NCBI GenBank assembly: GCA_005239895.1 | Contig: SBBB01000011.1 | Location: forward strand, 24,957 to 88,956 | Origin: a bacterium | GTDB lineage: Bacteria > Patescibacteriota > Patescibacteriia > SBBB01 | Direction: 5' to 3' | Length of the DNA: 64,000 bases | Part shown: one piece after another, positions 46,498 through 55,373 of the stretch | Layout of the letters: each line of letters starts with the position of its first letter | Numbering within the stretch: position 1 is the first letter of the stretch | Notes under the pieces: model-generated | Told to the model about the DNA's origin: nothing | The model's database searches: none | The model's input: only the letters and a program-made list of their open reading frames with translations | Made by a program: the position numbers and the translations under genes

Positions 46498-46692
46498 CTA
46501 ATCCGTTACTTCTATCCTCGTATCACCTTCATATTCGTATAATTTACCATTTTCTTCATCTTTAGTCTTTTTATGTGAGCCATCGCAAAGAGGTTTATTT
46601 TTAGATAAACCGCACATACAAATCCACTTACTCTCGCCACTTACTTTAATTTCACAAGGATGCTGCTCGTCATGTTTTATTAATCTAGACAT
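46498..46692 (-). CDS. CDGSH-type iron-sulfur domain protein
   Basis: 64 aa containing CMCGLSKNKPLCDGSH, the C-x-C-x2-S-x3-P-x-CDGSH consensus. Confidence 0.75.
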   Translation of the reverse strand: MSRLIKHDEQHPCEIKVSGESKWICMCGLSKNKPLCDGSHKKTKDEENGKLYEYEGDTRIEVTD

Positions 46693-46824
46693 ATTAATTT
46701 ATTAAAAACTTTAAACTTACAACTTTAAGCTTAATTAATTTTATCACTACTATACTTAAATTGCAAATTTTGCTTGTACGTTATCCAGGACATATGTAAT
46801 TTGATTTTTTTAAAATATTTTATT

Positions 46825-46841
46825 ATTCTATATAATATAGA
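46825..46841. promoter_or_regulatory. perfect 17-nt palindrome TTCTATATAATATAGAA overlapping a -10-like TATAAT upstream of the 115-aa gene
   Basis: Read directly from the sequence. It is followed by a GGGAGAG RBS and the ATG at 46886. Confidence 0.4.
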
Positions 46842-46885
46842 ATCTGGTATTAAAACCCAAAAGATAATGAACACAGGGAGAGAAA

Positions 46886-47233
46886 ATGAAACTATTTAAA
46901 ATATTGAAAAATATTCTGGATGCAAAAAATAGTGTACTGTATGACGGATTTAATGCTGTATATCATCTGAAAAATGATGATATTTATCAAGGAACAGCAA
47001 GATACGTTTTTCTTGTGCGAAATAAATTACAAATTTTACTAGCAGATGAATTTAGAAAGAAGCACTATTCGGGTATAGTAGTGGATATAGCTGTTTGTGA
47101 AGACGTGAATGTCCAGCAAGAAAAAATTGGTTATAAAAAAGCTAGGAGTTTTCACTCCTGTGCTAACGATAAAATGACAAAAGAAGAAATGGAGCACGCT
47201 GAGTATCGCAGGCAAGGAGGATGCGAAATATAA
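46886..47233 (+). CDS. hypothetical protein (115 aa)
   Basis: It has a good RBS and a strong downstream terminator. No domain was recognised. Confidence 0.5.
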   Translation: MKLFKILKNILDAKNSVLYDGFNAVYHLKNDDIYQGTARYVFLVRNKLQILLADEFRKKHYSGIVVDIAVCEDVNVQQEKIGYKKARSFHSCANDKMTKEEMEHAEYRRQGGCEI

Positions 47234-47251
47234 CATTATAAAAAACATCTA

Positions 47252-47292
47252 AGGGTCACCAGAGTATTTGCTGTGTGACCCTTCTAAAATTC
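47252..47292 (+). terminator. rho-independent terminator (AGGGTCAC ... GTGACCCT + U-rich tail)
   Basis: 8-bp GC-rich stem 18 nt after the 115-aa stop, followed by TCTAAAATTCT. A second GC hairpin (GTCTACA...CGCGGCCGCG...TGTAGAC) lies at ~47333-47368. Confidence 0.65.
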
Positions 47293-47398
47293 TAACCCGA
47301 ACTCAACATTTGTTCATTGTATGGGACAAACCGTGTCTACAACTCAGCGCGGCCGCGTTGAAGTGTAGACGCACACTGAAACTCAACCCTTTACGGTT

Positions 47399-48499
47399 CT
47401 AATCCAACCAGTCTTGTTTATCTTTCAAAAACTCTTTAATACGACCTAGACCTTCGGTAATTTTACTAACATCCAAAGCATAAGATAAACGAATATGGTC
47501 GGGCGCTCCAAACCAAGTGCCATCATAAACAATTACTTTATATTTATAAAAAAGTTCTGACACAACCCGGTTAGAATTTTTTATGTAAGGCAAAACATAA
47601 AAAGCTCCCTCGGGTTTACGAACTTTAAAACCCAATTGATTTAAACCTTTATAAATCAAATCTCGTCTTTGATGCCAAATTTTTACTTGCTGTTTAATAT
47701 AACTTTTCGGTGCTTGCATGGCAGCCACAGACATTTCTTGACCCATAATATTAGTGTTCATAGAAGTGTGCACTTTCATATCAATCACTTTTTGAACAAA
47801 ATTTTTATCAGGAGTCCAAAGATATCCCACGCGCAATCCACACATAGCATAAGTTTTAGAAAAAGAATTTATAGTAATTACACGCGGCCCTTTTATAATA
47901 TAATTTTTACGACCATAAATTAAATCCTTATACACTTCATCCGAAATAACCCATACTTTTAATTTTCGGCTTAATTTTTCAATTTCTTTTAAAGTGTTAA
48001 TTTCTTCAACCATTCCAGTCGGATTAGACGGTGAATTTATTAAAACTGCTTTTACGTGTTTAATTTTCTCTTTAAAATCTTTTAAATTAATACGCCCGTC
48101 TTGTAAATCCGTATAAACTGGTTCCATTTGGGCCAACCGAACATTAAAAGGATAAGAATAATAATAAGGCCTGCACAGAAGCACTTTTTGAGGTCCGGGT
48201 TCTGTAGCTAAAACTCGCATAGCTAAATCTAGAGCTTCAGAAGCTCCATTGGTAATTACAAAATTTTCACAAGAAGCATGGGGATATTCTTTGGATAACA
48301 GCTGACGAAGGTTTAGCTCCCCCTGAATCAATCCGTATTGAAAAAGACGATTATTTTCTAAATTTTTAAAAATTTCTTTAGGAGGAACAAGATCGGGTTG
48401 ACCAGAACCAAAAGAAATTATTCCATCGTTTCCGCCTCGCCCAATAAAAAAAGATGGACTATTAATAGGTTTTTTTGCTAGTTTATTTTTTGTAGACAT
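47399..48499 (-). CDS. class I/II pyridoxal-phosphate-dependent aminotransferase
   Basis: 366 aa with the PLP-lysine context SFSKTYAMCGLRVGY, typical of aspartate/aromatic aminotransferases. Confidence 0.85.
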   Translation of the reverse strand: MSTKNKLAKKPINSPSFFIGRGGNDGIISFGSGQPDLVPPKEIFKNLENNRLFQYGLIQGELNLRQLLSKEYPHASCENFVITNGASEALDLAMRVLATEPGPQKVLLCRPYYYSYPFNVRLAQMEPVYTDLQDGRINLKDFKEKIKHVKAVLINSPSNPTGMVEEINTLKEIEKLSRKLKVWVISDEVYKDLIYGRKNYIIKGPRVITINSFSKTYAMCGLRVGYLWTPDKNFVQKVIDMKVHTSMNTNIMGQEMSVAAMQAPKSYIKQQVKIWHQRRDLIYKGLNQLGFKVRKPEGAFYVLPYIKNSNRVVSELFYKYKVIVYDGTWFGAPDHIRLSYALDVSKITEGLGRIKEFLKDKQDWLD

Positions 48500-48606
48500 T
48501 TTTATAAATTCAATAATTATTTAAAAACCGATTGTGTTAAATAATACTAGTATTTAACTAATCTATCAAGGGTACTATAAAAATTTAAACATTTATTATT
48601 CTAGCC

Positions 48607-48640
48607 GTGACACTTCGTCACGATCGTGACGAAACGTCAC
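48607..48640. repeat. 34-nt palindrome GTGACACTTCGTCACGATCGTGACGAAACGTCAC (family copy c)
   Basis: In the divergent spacer between the aminotransferase and the 482-aa gene. Confidence 0.8.
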
Positions 48641-48799
48641 GCTCTTGTTCTTATGTTCTTCTATTTTGCAAGCTTTACAAATCCTTCTAACTAACAGGAT
48701 TGACAAAATAATACAAACTTGGTTTACTTTAAATAGGTATTGGATTTCTAATACTCTACTCGTAACTCGAAAACCAACTTTAACTTAAGGAGGACACTA

Positions 48800-50248
48800 A
48801 TGAAAACGGATGCGTTGAAACAAACAATTGGAAACAAGGTTACAAAACTCTTGCCAAACTATACAAAATTTATAGTCGAATGTAGGCATGAAGATGGTTT
48901 TGTATTCAATCGTATAATAGATATGATTCCTGGAGCAACTGCCTTGGCCAATTTAATGGGACAATCCCCGCTAGCAGAAGCTGAGGCTATCCTGCAATAT
49001 CCAAATGACGAATATATACTGGTACCGCGAGGCACACAGGTGTTGCAATTTATAATGGATAAGTCTGCTGAAGAAATCCCGATAGCCGCTATACTTGTGT
49101 GCGGCAATTCAATATTCAATGGAGTAGTCTCTGGACACAATGCGTATTACAGTATTTTCTCTTGGGAAGAACAAGAAAACATCAAAGAAAAAATTGCAAT
49201 TCAAAACAGTGTCTTGTTCAAAGAGTTTATTCCATCTAAATACTATCAGCATTCTGGTATCACAGTTAAAAATATATCTTCGCACCAAAGACACCCAGAA
49301 CAAAAACCAGTGTTGAGCTTGAACCTCTTTCGGGCTATGAAACAAAATCAACCAGATAGCATTGGCAGAAAGTGGAACTGGGATCATGCAAAAAATCCAG
49401 TGATGTTTACTCAAGGTGAACCACTGTCTCCAGATGGTTTTAATAGCCTGATTATTTGGTTTTATCATTCTACAACAAAACAATGGCTTGGGTGGAACTG
49501 CGAACATCGCACCAATATATCTGGGTTGTGCATTATGGGTGACCCAAATGTTGCAAGCTACTCAGAAAATGCGCCAAAAGATTATGTAGATTTATTGATT
49601 GAGCCAGTATTCATGGGTGTAAGCTTGACAGATTTTATCACTTATGTCGGCAGAATCTTTTCACCAAATAAACCAAATCAAGAACAATATCCAAAAACTC
49701 CTCAAGAGCTAGCTGAAAAAATGGCTGAAACACCTTACGGACGAGATCCACAACACCATTCTTTGTACGCGATTCCTACACCCATAAATAAATGGCGTGG
49801 ACAATGGGCATGGGTGTACGAAGTAGTGGAGCTATACGGAGAAGAACATAGATACCAATTAATTTGGCTCCCGAGCAACATTGTGTTTACACGCGGATTA
49901 CAATGCTTACCAAACCACTATGAAACAAATCCCCCACCACCGCTACTTGGTAAAGCTGTTGAACTTACAGAACCTAAATGGCTTAATGCAAGTATTGAAC
50001 TAGGAATTATTCTAAATCGCTCATGTGATCTTGATCCTCCCAATAATCCTGAGAATCCACCCAATAACAGTGGTTTCTTTAAAGCCATTGAATCAATACC
50101 ATCACTAGGGGCCTATCACAACGGAGCTATACAATTTGTGGAACCAAACAAATTGCCAGATTGCGACACTTCTAAGCCTGTGTATTGGTTACAAAACAGG
50201 GACAATAATCTATCAAAAGCACTATCTATTCTACAAGAAGTTACCTAG
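48800..50248 (+). CDS. hypothetical protein (482 aa), orphan, compositionally atypical
   Basis: Strong SD (AAGGAGG 6 nt upstream). GC is visibly higher than genome background. No TM or signal peptide, and no recognisable motif. A 9-Cys protein (contains CEHRTNISGLC, among others). Confidence 0.6.
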   Translation: MKTDALKQTIGNKVTKLLPNYTKFIVECRHEDGFVFNRIIDMIPGATALANLMGQSPLAEAEAILQYPNDEYILVPRGTQVLQFIMDKSAEEIPIAAILVCGNSIFNGVVSGHNAYYSIFSWEEQENIKEKIAIQNSVLFKEFIPSKYYQHSGITVKNISSHQRHPEQKPVLSLNLFRAMKQNQPDSIGRKWNWDHAKNPVMFTQGEPLSPDGFNSLIIWFYHSTTKQWLGWNCEHRTNISGLCIMGDPNVASYSENAPKDYVDLLIEPVFMGVSLTDFITYVGRIFSPNKPNQEQYPKTPQELAEKMAETPYGRDPQHHSLYAIPTPINKWRGQWAWVYEVVELYGEEHRYQLIWLPSNIVFTRGLQCLPNHYETNPPPPLLGKAVELTEPKWLNASIELGIILNRSCDLDPPNNPENPPNNSGFFKAIESIPSLGAYHNGAIQFVEPNKLPDCDTSKPVYWLQNRDNNLSKALSILQEVT

Positions 50249-50336
50249 TACTAAAGGAATAATAGTGCACATGAATTATAAGGCGTTGGGGTCGTATTTA
50301 TTCAGCGACCTCAACCCAACTCCTACCAATTCCTAA

Positions 50337-50370
50337 AACCCAAAAATTGTTTGGGTTTTATTTTTTTATA
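50337..50370 (+). terminator. rho-independent terminator (AAAACCCAAA-AATTG-TTTGGGTTTT + T7)
   Basis: Perfect 10-bp stem followed by ATTTTTTT, downstream of the 482-aa gene. It is preceded by a second hairpin (GTTGGGGTCG...CGACCTCAAC). Confidence 0.75.
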
Positions 50371-50394
50371 AAAATTTTTTATAATATTCTTAAC

Positions 50395-50428
50395 GTGACA
50401 TTTCATCACGATCGAGATGAAGTGTCAC
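50395..50428. repeat. 34-nt palindrome GTGACATTTCATCACGATCGAGATGAAGTGTCAC (family copy d)
   Basis: In the convergent spacer between the 482-aa gene and ftsW/rodA. Confidence 0.8.
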
Positions 50429-50501
50429 GTTCTTAAATTTTAACTTATTCATTTTCCATTTAATGAATCTGGTAACTATTTTGATAAACCTAATAACTTT
50501 T

Positions 50502-51608
50502 TTAATGTGTTGCAACCGATTTAATAATACTTTGAGCAATGCCTATACCTATCATGGAAGATATTAAAGAACTACCACCATAACTTAAAAATGGAAGAGC
50601 TATCCCCACTACAGGCAATAATCCTAAATTCATGCCAATATTAATTACAATTTCCATAAAGAACAAAGAAAAAATTCCTAAAATTAAAAAATACCCAAAA
50701 TCATTATCAATATTTTTTAAAACCCTAATTAAACAATGACAAAGCAATCCATAAAACCCAAACACAAAAATAATACCTACTAAACCAACCTTTTCGGTTA
50801 AGCTGGCAAAAATAAAATCCGTACTAGCTTCAGGTAAAAACCTCAACTGGGTTTGGGTACTCTCTAAAAAACCCTTTCCAAACCAACCACCCGAACCAAT
50901 GGCAATCAAAGACTGATTAACATTATAACTCCTCCCTAAAACATCGGCTGAGGGATGTATAAAACTCAATATTCTATCTTTTTGATAGGGTTTAAAAAAA
51001 ACAAACCAACTGGTGACAAACAGAACTGCCACAACCAAAAAAACCAATAATAACGAACTTTTTTTAACTTCTGAAAATAGAATCATCATTAACCAAATCA
51101 AACCCAAAATTAAAGCTGATCCAAAATCTGGTTCGGCTAAAACCAAAAATATAAAAGGAGAAATTAATAACAAACTACCAACGAAGTATAACCAATTATT
51201 TACAAACGTATTATAAATACTTAAATAATAAGCTAGTATAATTATTAAAAAAATTTTCACAAACTCTACGGGTTGAAAATTAAAGCCATAAAAAGCAAAC
51301 CATCCGGTTGTACCACGCATTGATTTTCCAAAATATAACACTCCAATTAATAAACCTAAACCTAAAATATACAAAGGCACAATATACGCTCGCAAAGATT
51401 GATACTTTATATAGCTAACACTAAACATTATGACAAAACCAATACCTATAAAACTGGCTTGTTTATAAAATAGTTTTAAATTACCAGGAATGTCCTGAGA
51501 TCTTAGAGCAATACTATAAAGAACCAAAAGACTAACCAGAGATAAAACTACCAAAGAAACGATTAACAACCAATCTAGGTTCTTAAACATCCACAAAAAT
51601 CTCCGCAT
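50502..51608 (-). CDS. SEDS-family peptidoglycan glycosyltransferase (FtsW/RodA)
   Basis: 368-aa polytopic protein with SEDS-family conserved segments (GWFGKG, PEASTDFIFA, LPVVGIALPFLSYGGSS). Confidence 0.85.
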   Translation of the reverse strand: MRRFLWMFKNLDWLLIVSLVVLSLVSLLVLYSIALRSQDIPGNLKLFYKQASFIGIGFVIMFSVSYIKYQSLRAYIVPLYILGLGLLIGVLYFGKSMRGTTGWFAFYGFNFQPVEFVKIFLIIILAYYLSIYNTFVNNWLYFVGSLLLISPFIFLVLAEPDFGSALILGLIWLMMILFSEVKKSSLLLVFLVVAVLFVTSWFVFFKPYQKDRILSFIHPSADVLGRSYNVNQSLIAIGSGGWFGKGFLESTQTQLRFLPEASTDFIFASLTEKVGLVGIIFVFGFYGLLCHCLIRVLKNIDNDFGYFLILGIFSLFFMEIVINIGMNLGLLPVVGIALPFLSYGGSSLISSMIGIGIAQSIIKSVATH

Positions 51609-51612
51609 ACTT

Positions 51613-52446
51613 TTAAAAACTATACTTGGTGAATAGGTTTATATCGGGCTCAATAAAAATTTCTGGACTCGTAGACGTTAGGGAAACGCCCGGTAACGCC
51701 ACAATAATGTTTCGTTTTTCTTGAGATAATAATTTACTTACGGCCAAACGGGTAATAAACTTTGGACGCTTAACATCATAAATTACAATATTTAAACTTA
51801 GTTCTCGCAAATCATAGGGTGTTAAATTTAAAATATCAAATTTAAGTTCAGGGGTGGTAGTAATCTGCTTTACCGTAACAGCTCTAGTAAATTTTTTATT
51901 TTCTATAATAATATTACTCGGTTTGCGCATATTAAAATCAACGGCATTCGGCAAACGCGTCCATTTTAAATTTAAAATTTCTAATTTAATATTTGACAGA
52001 GAGCCAAAAGACGGTTCATTAAATAACATAATATATTTTTCTTCTTGGTTGGCTATAAAACCCGAAGCCGTGGAACTCTGACGATCGCCATCAACAAATT
52101 TATAATCAAATGTTGCTACCTTATAAGGCTGGGGATTATTAATTCGAGCCGCAAAATTAAAACCATTATTACCTTGCACGACAAAAACATCTCTCACATT
52201 CAAAGATTGATCAGTATGAAATTGCCTCCAATCCATAAATTGGCTACCTAAATCAAACATAACCTGTTTATGCTGCTCAGTTCCTAAATAATATACTAAG
52301 CCTATGTACGTCAAAAAAATATATAAAACAATATTTGAAAAAATCATTATATAAATTAACAATTTTTTTAATTTTGTTTTGTTCCTAATATACCAATAAA
52401 GAATCTTTAGTTGGGAGTCATTAAAAGGTCGGCTAGAGTATTCCAT
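51613..52446 (-). CDS. membrane-anchored hypothetical protein (277 aa)
   Basis: N-terminal TM segment then a soluble domain. Immediately upstream of the SEDS gene. Confidence 0.45.
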   Translation of the reverse strand: MEYSSRPFNDSQLKILYWYIRNKTKLKKLLIYIMIFSNIVLYIFLTYIGLVYYLGTEQHKQVMFDLGSQFMDWRQFHTDQSLNVRDVFVVQGNNGFNFAARINNPQPYKVATFDYKFVDGDRQSSTASGFIANQEEKYIMLFNEPSFGSLSNIKLEILNLKWTRLPNAVDFNMRKPSNIIIENKKFTRAVTVKQITTTPELKFDILNLTPYDLRELSLNIVIYDVKRPKFITRLAVSKLLSQEKRNIIVALPGVSLTSTSPEIFIEPDINLFTKYSF

Positions 52447-52471
52447 AAATTACTTAATAATTAAAATAAAT

Positions 52472-53269
52472 CTAAGATTTGGTTTTTATTAAATATTTAA
52501 ACCAATCTATAATATGCATGCGGGTGGTTATATTTAATAGTTCTTTAAATATATTAGCGCCATACGAATCTCTTTTATGATAATGGACAAAATTAGCTTC
52601 GGTCACATACCATACTTCGTAATTGTTTTTCCATGCGCTTTGACACCAATCAACATCTGAAAAATATAAAAAATACCTAGAATCCATTAATCCAATTTTC
52701 TTTAACGCTGACCGAGACACCATTAAACAACTGCTTAAAACCCAATCCACAGACCTAGAATGATTATGATCAAAATCTTGCATTAAATAATGCGCTAAAT
52801 ATTTCTTACCAAAACCGGTTTTACCTAAAAATGTCCTTCTAAACAAAGGCATATAAACCGATGGAAATCTCAAACACGAAAACTGAACACTATAATCAGG
52901 ATTATATAATTTAGCGCCTGCCATTCCAACCTTGGGATGACCTACCATAAAATTATACAACCTATCAATTGAATTGTCATATATGACAATATCTGTGTTC
53001 AACAATAAAACATAATCACCCTTAGCTATTTGTAACCCCAGGTTGTTTCCACTGGGATGTCCTACATTCTTAGATGACGCCACAAATCTAATATGCGGTT
53101 CATTATGAGCAACATAATCTCTCATCATTTCAGCGCTACCATCAGTAGATGCATTATCTACAACTATAATCTCATAATTCATAGTGGGCGAATATTTTTT
53201 AATACCCTCTAAACAATTTTTCAACAGCCCACGAGTATTATAATTCAAAATAACAATGGATAAAAACAT
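52472..53269 (-). CDS. GT2-family glycosyltransferase
   Basis: LSIVILNYNT...VVDNASTDGS GT-A motifs. Confidence 0.8.
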   Translation of the reverse strand: MFLSIVILNYNTRGLLKNCLEGIKKYSPTMNYEIIVVDNASTDGSAEMMRDYVAHNEPHIRFVASSKNVGHPSGNNLGLQIAKGDYVLLLNTDIVIYDNSIDRLYNFMVGHPKVGMAGAKLYNPDYSVQFSCLRFPSVYMPLFRRTFLGKTGFGKKYLAHYLMQDFDHNHSRSVDWVLSSCLMVSRSALKKIGLMDSRYFLYFSDVDWCQSAWKNNYEVWYVTEANFVHYHKRDSYGANIFKELLNITTRMHIIDWFKYLIKTKS

Positions 53270-53276
53270 AATTGTG

Positions 53277-53352
53277 CGCAGCGAATGGGATTCGAACCCA
53301 CGATCTCCTCCGTGACAGGGAGGCGCTTTAAACCGGGCTAAGCTACCGCTGC
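53277..53352 (-). tRNA. tRNA-Asp (anticodon GTC)
   Basis: Hand-folded cloverleaf: acceptor GCAGCGG/TCGCTGC, D-arm GCTT..AAGC, anticodon arm CCTCC-CTGTCAC-GGAGG, T-arm GTGGG-TTCGAAT-CCCAT, discriminator G. CCA is not encoded. Confidence 0.85.
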
Positions 53353-53358
53353 AATAAA

Positions 53359-54402
53359 TTAAAAACTAATTTCGGTTTTGATATTACTCATTATTTGTTT
53401 GCGTTTCTTAAACATAACCCTTAGTTTCAAGAAAAAATCTTTTAATCCCAACAAAGTACTCCTTTCAAATATTAAAAGATACATAATTTTTTTTAACTCG
53501 TATGCTAAAATAAATATTCCGTATTTATACAATGCCGCTCTCGTAACATTTTTAACTAACACAAACAAATGATTTTTATAAGAATGATAATTGATAAAAT
53601 TGGATTTAAATTTACGATGTTTAAATGTAAATAGATCTCCCATTTGATGAGCTCCTTTAGCAGTACGATCATGATAAGCCAGAGCTAAATGCAAATATTG
53701 AAACTTCCACCCCAATAAATGCAAACGATAAGCCAAATCAATATCCTCTTTATACATATAAAAATCTTCATCAAAATATTCAGCTTGACCAGCTTGATTT
53801 ATAAATTTCACGCTTTCTAAAGCTTCCCGTCTATAAATAGCTGCCGCAGCTGAACATCCAAAAAGCTCTTTATCAGTATTATATTGTCCCGTATCTTTTA
53901 ATCCTTGCCCTAAATCTACAAATCTATGATTTTTAAAAAATCCTAATCCAGTAGAATCTATAATATCGGTTAATGAATCATCGCGCAAGTATTCATTGGT
54001 TATATCCGATGTAAAATTCCAACGCAACATTTTACCAGCCACACTGCCAACTTCGGGATGTTTAGTTATAAATTCCATTAAAATTAATAAAAATTTAGGA
54101 TCTAAAATAATATCTTGATTTAAAACTAAAACATAATCACTATTGTTTAACTTCAAGGCCTGATTGTGCCCCTTAGCAAAACCAACGTTTACAGAATTAT
54201 TGATAATTTTAACTTTGTTTTGTTTGTGTAAAAGATTTAAAGGTTGATATTCTTGACAATATTTTTGCGAACCATCCGTGGACGCATTATCAATAATTAC
54301 TAAAAACCAGTCTTTAAAAATTTGTTCAAAAATAGAATTCAAGCAGTGTGGTAAATATTTTAATCCATTATATGTAACTAAATGAATAGAAACCATTGGC
54401 AT
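53359..54402 (-). CDS. GT2-family glycosyltransferase
   Basis: VSIHLVTYNG...IDNASTDGS GT-A motifs. 347 aa. Confidence 0.8.
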   Translation of the reverse strand: MPMVSIHLVTYNGLKYLPHCLNSIFEQIFKDWFLVIIDNASTDGSQKYCQEYQPLNLLHKQNKVKIINNSVNVGFAKGHNQALKLNNSDYVLVLNQDIILDPKFLLILMEFITKHPEVGSVAGKMLRWNFTSDITNEYLRDDSLTDIIDSTGLGFFKNHRFVDLGQGLKDTGQYNTDKELFGCSAAAAIYRREALESVKFINQAGQAEYFDEDFYMYKEDIDLAYRLHLLGWKFQYLHLALAYHDRTAKGAHQMGDLFTFKHRKFKSNFINYHSYKNHLFVLVKNVTRAALYKYGIFILAYELKKIMYLLIFERSTLLGLKDFFLKLRVMFKKRKQIMSNIKTEISF

Positions 54403-54463
54403 AATAACTGTGTTAAATTATGTAAACAAGAATCAGTAATTAGTAATTAGTAATTTGTAGGGC

Positions 54464-55366
54464 CTAAGGCTTTTTACCAGAAAGGGTTGTCCAAGACACT
54501 AAAAGACAACTAGCTATAAAAATAGAAGAGTAAGTGCCGAACAATATACCTAGCATTAAAGCCAAAACAAAGTATTTAATAGAAACCCCTCCAAAAAAGA
54601 AACTAGCCAAAAGAACTAACAAAGTAACGAAAGATGTATTCACGGATCGCATCGCAGACTGATTAACACTAACATTTATAACCTCCTCAAAACTATCTCG
54701 ATTCTTAATAGCTCCTTTATGCAGTAAATTTTCGCGAATTCTGTCAAAAATAACCACTGTATCGTAAACTGAAAAACCTAAAATTGTTAACAACGCGGTA
54801 ATAAATAAAATATTAATTTCTATGCCATAAAAATGACCTAAAACTGAAAAAACACCAATGGGCAAAATAATATCGTGCATTAAAGCTATAATTGCAATAA
54901 CTCCATACTTCCAAGATTGCGTAGGATAAGATACTTTACGAAAAGCCCAACTTAAATAAATAATAATTGCCAATAAAACAAAAAATATAGCTAATATTGA
55001 TTTATGGCGCAATTCCGCTCCAATGGTTGGACCAATAAAATCAAATCTTTTTTCTTCTACGCCTTTGAAAGCGCTCTGCAAATCAGTTAAAATCTTTTGA
55101 TGTTTTTCCTCGTCTATGGATGAGGTCCTAATAACCATACCCTTATCACCTACGCTATTTAATATCAGTTCTAAATTATAAGGCTTTAGCTTTGTTTCAA
55201 CTTCTGTAATAGAAGGTCGAGTATTGGTAAACTCTAGCTCTATTAAACTGCCACCTGTAAAATCAATACCAAATTTTAGCCCAAATACTACTACGCTAAT
55301 AACGCTTAAAGCGCATAAAAATCCCGATATACTAAACCAAATTTTGCGTCTACCAATTATATTCAT
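54464..55366 (-). CDS. secF: protein translocase subunit SecF
   Basis: 300 aa with 6 TM helices and SecF conserved segments. Immediately after secD. Confidence 0.9.
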   Translation of the reverse strand: MNIIGRRKIWFSISGFLCALSVISVVVFGLKFGIDFTGGSLIELEFTNTRPSITEVETKLKPYNLELILNSVGDKGMVIRTSSIDEEKHQKILTDLQSAFKGVEEKRFDFIGPTIGAELRHKSILAIFFVLLAIIIYLSWAFRKVSYPTQSWKYGVIAIIALMHDIILPIGVFSVLGHFYGIEINILFITALLTILGFSVYDTVVIFDRIRENLLHKGAIKNRDSFEEVINVSVNQSAMRSVNTSFVTLLVLLASFFFGGVSIKYFVLALMLGILFGTYSSIFIASCLLVSWTTLSGKKP

Positions 55367-55373
55367 ATACTAT

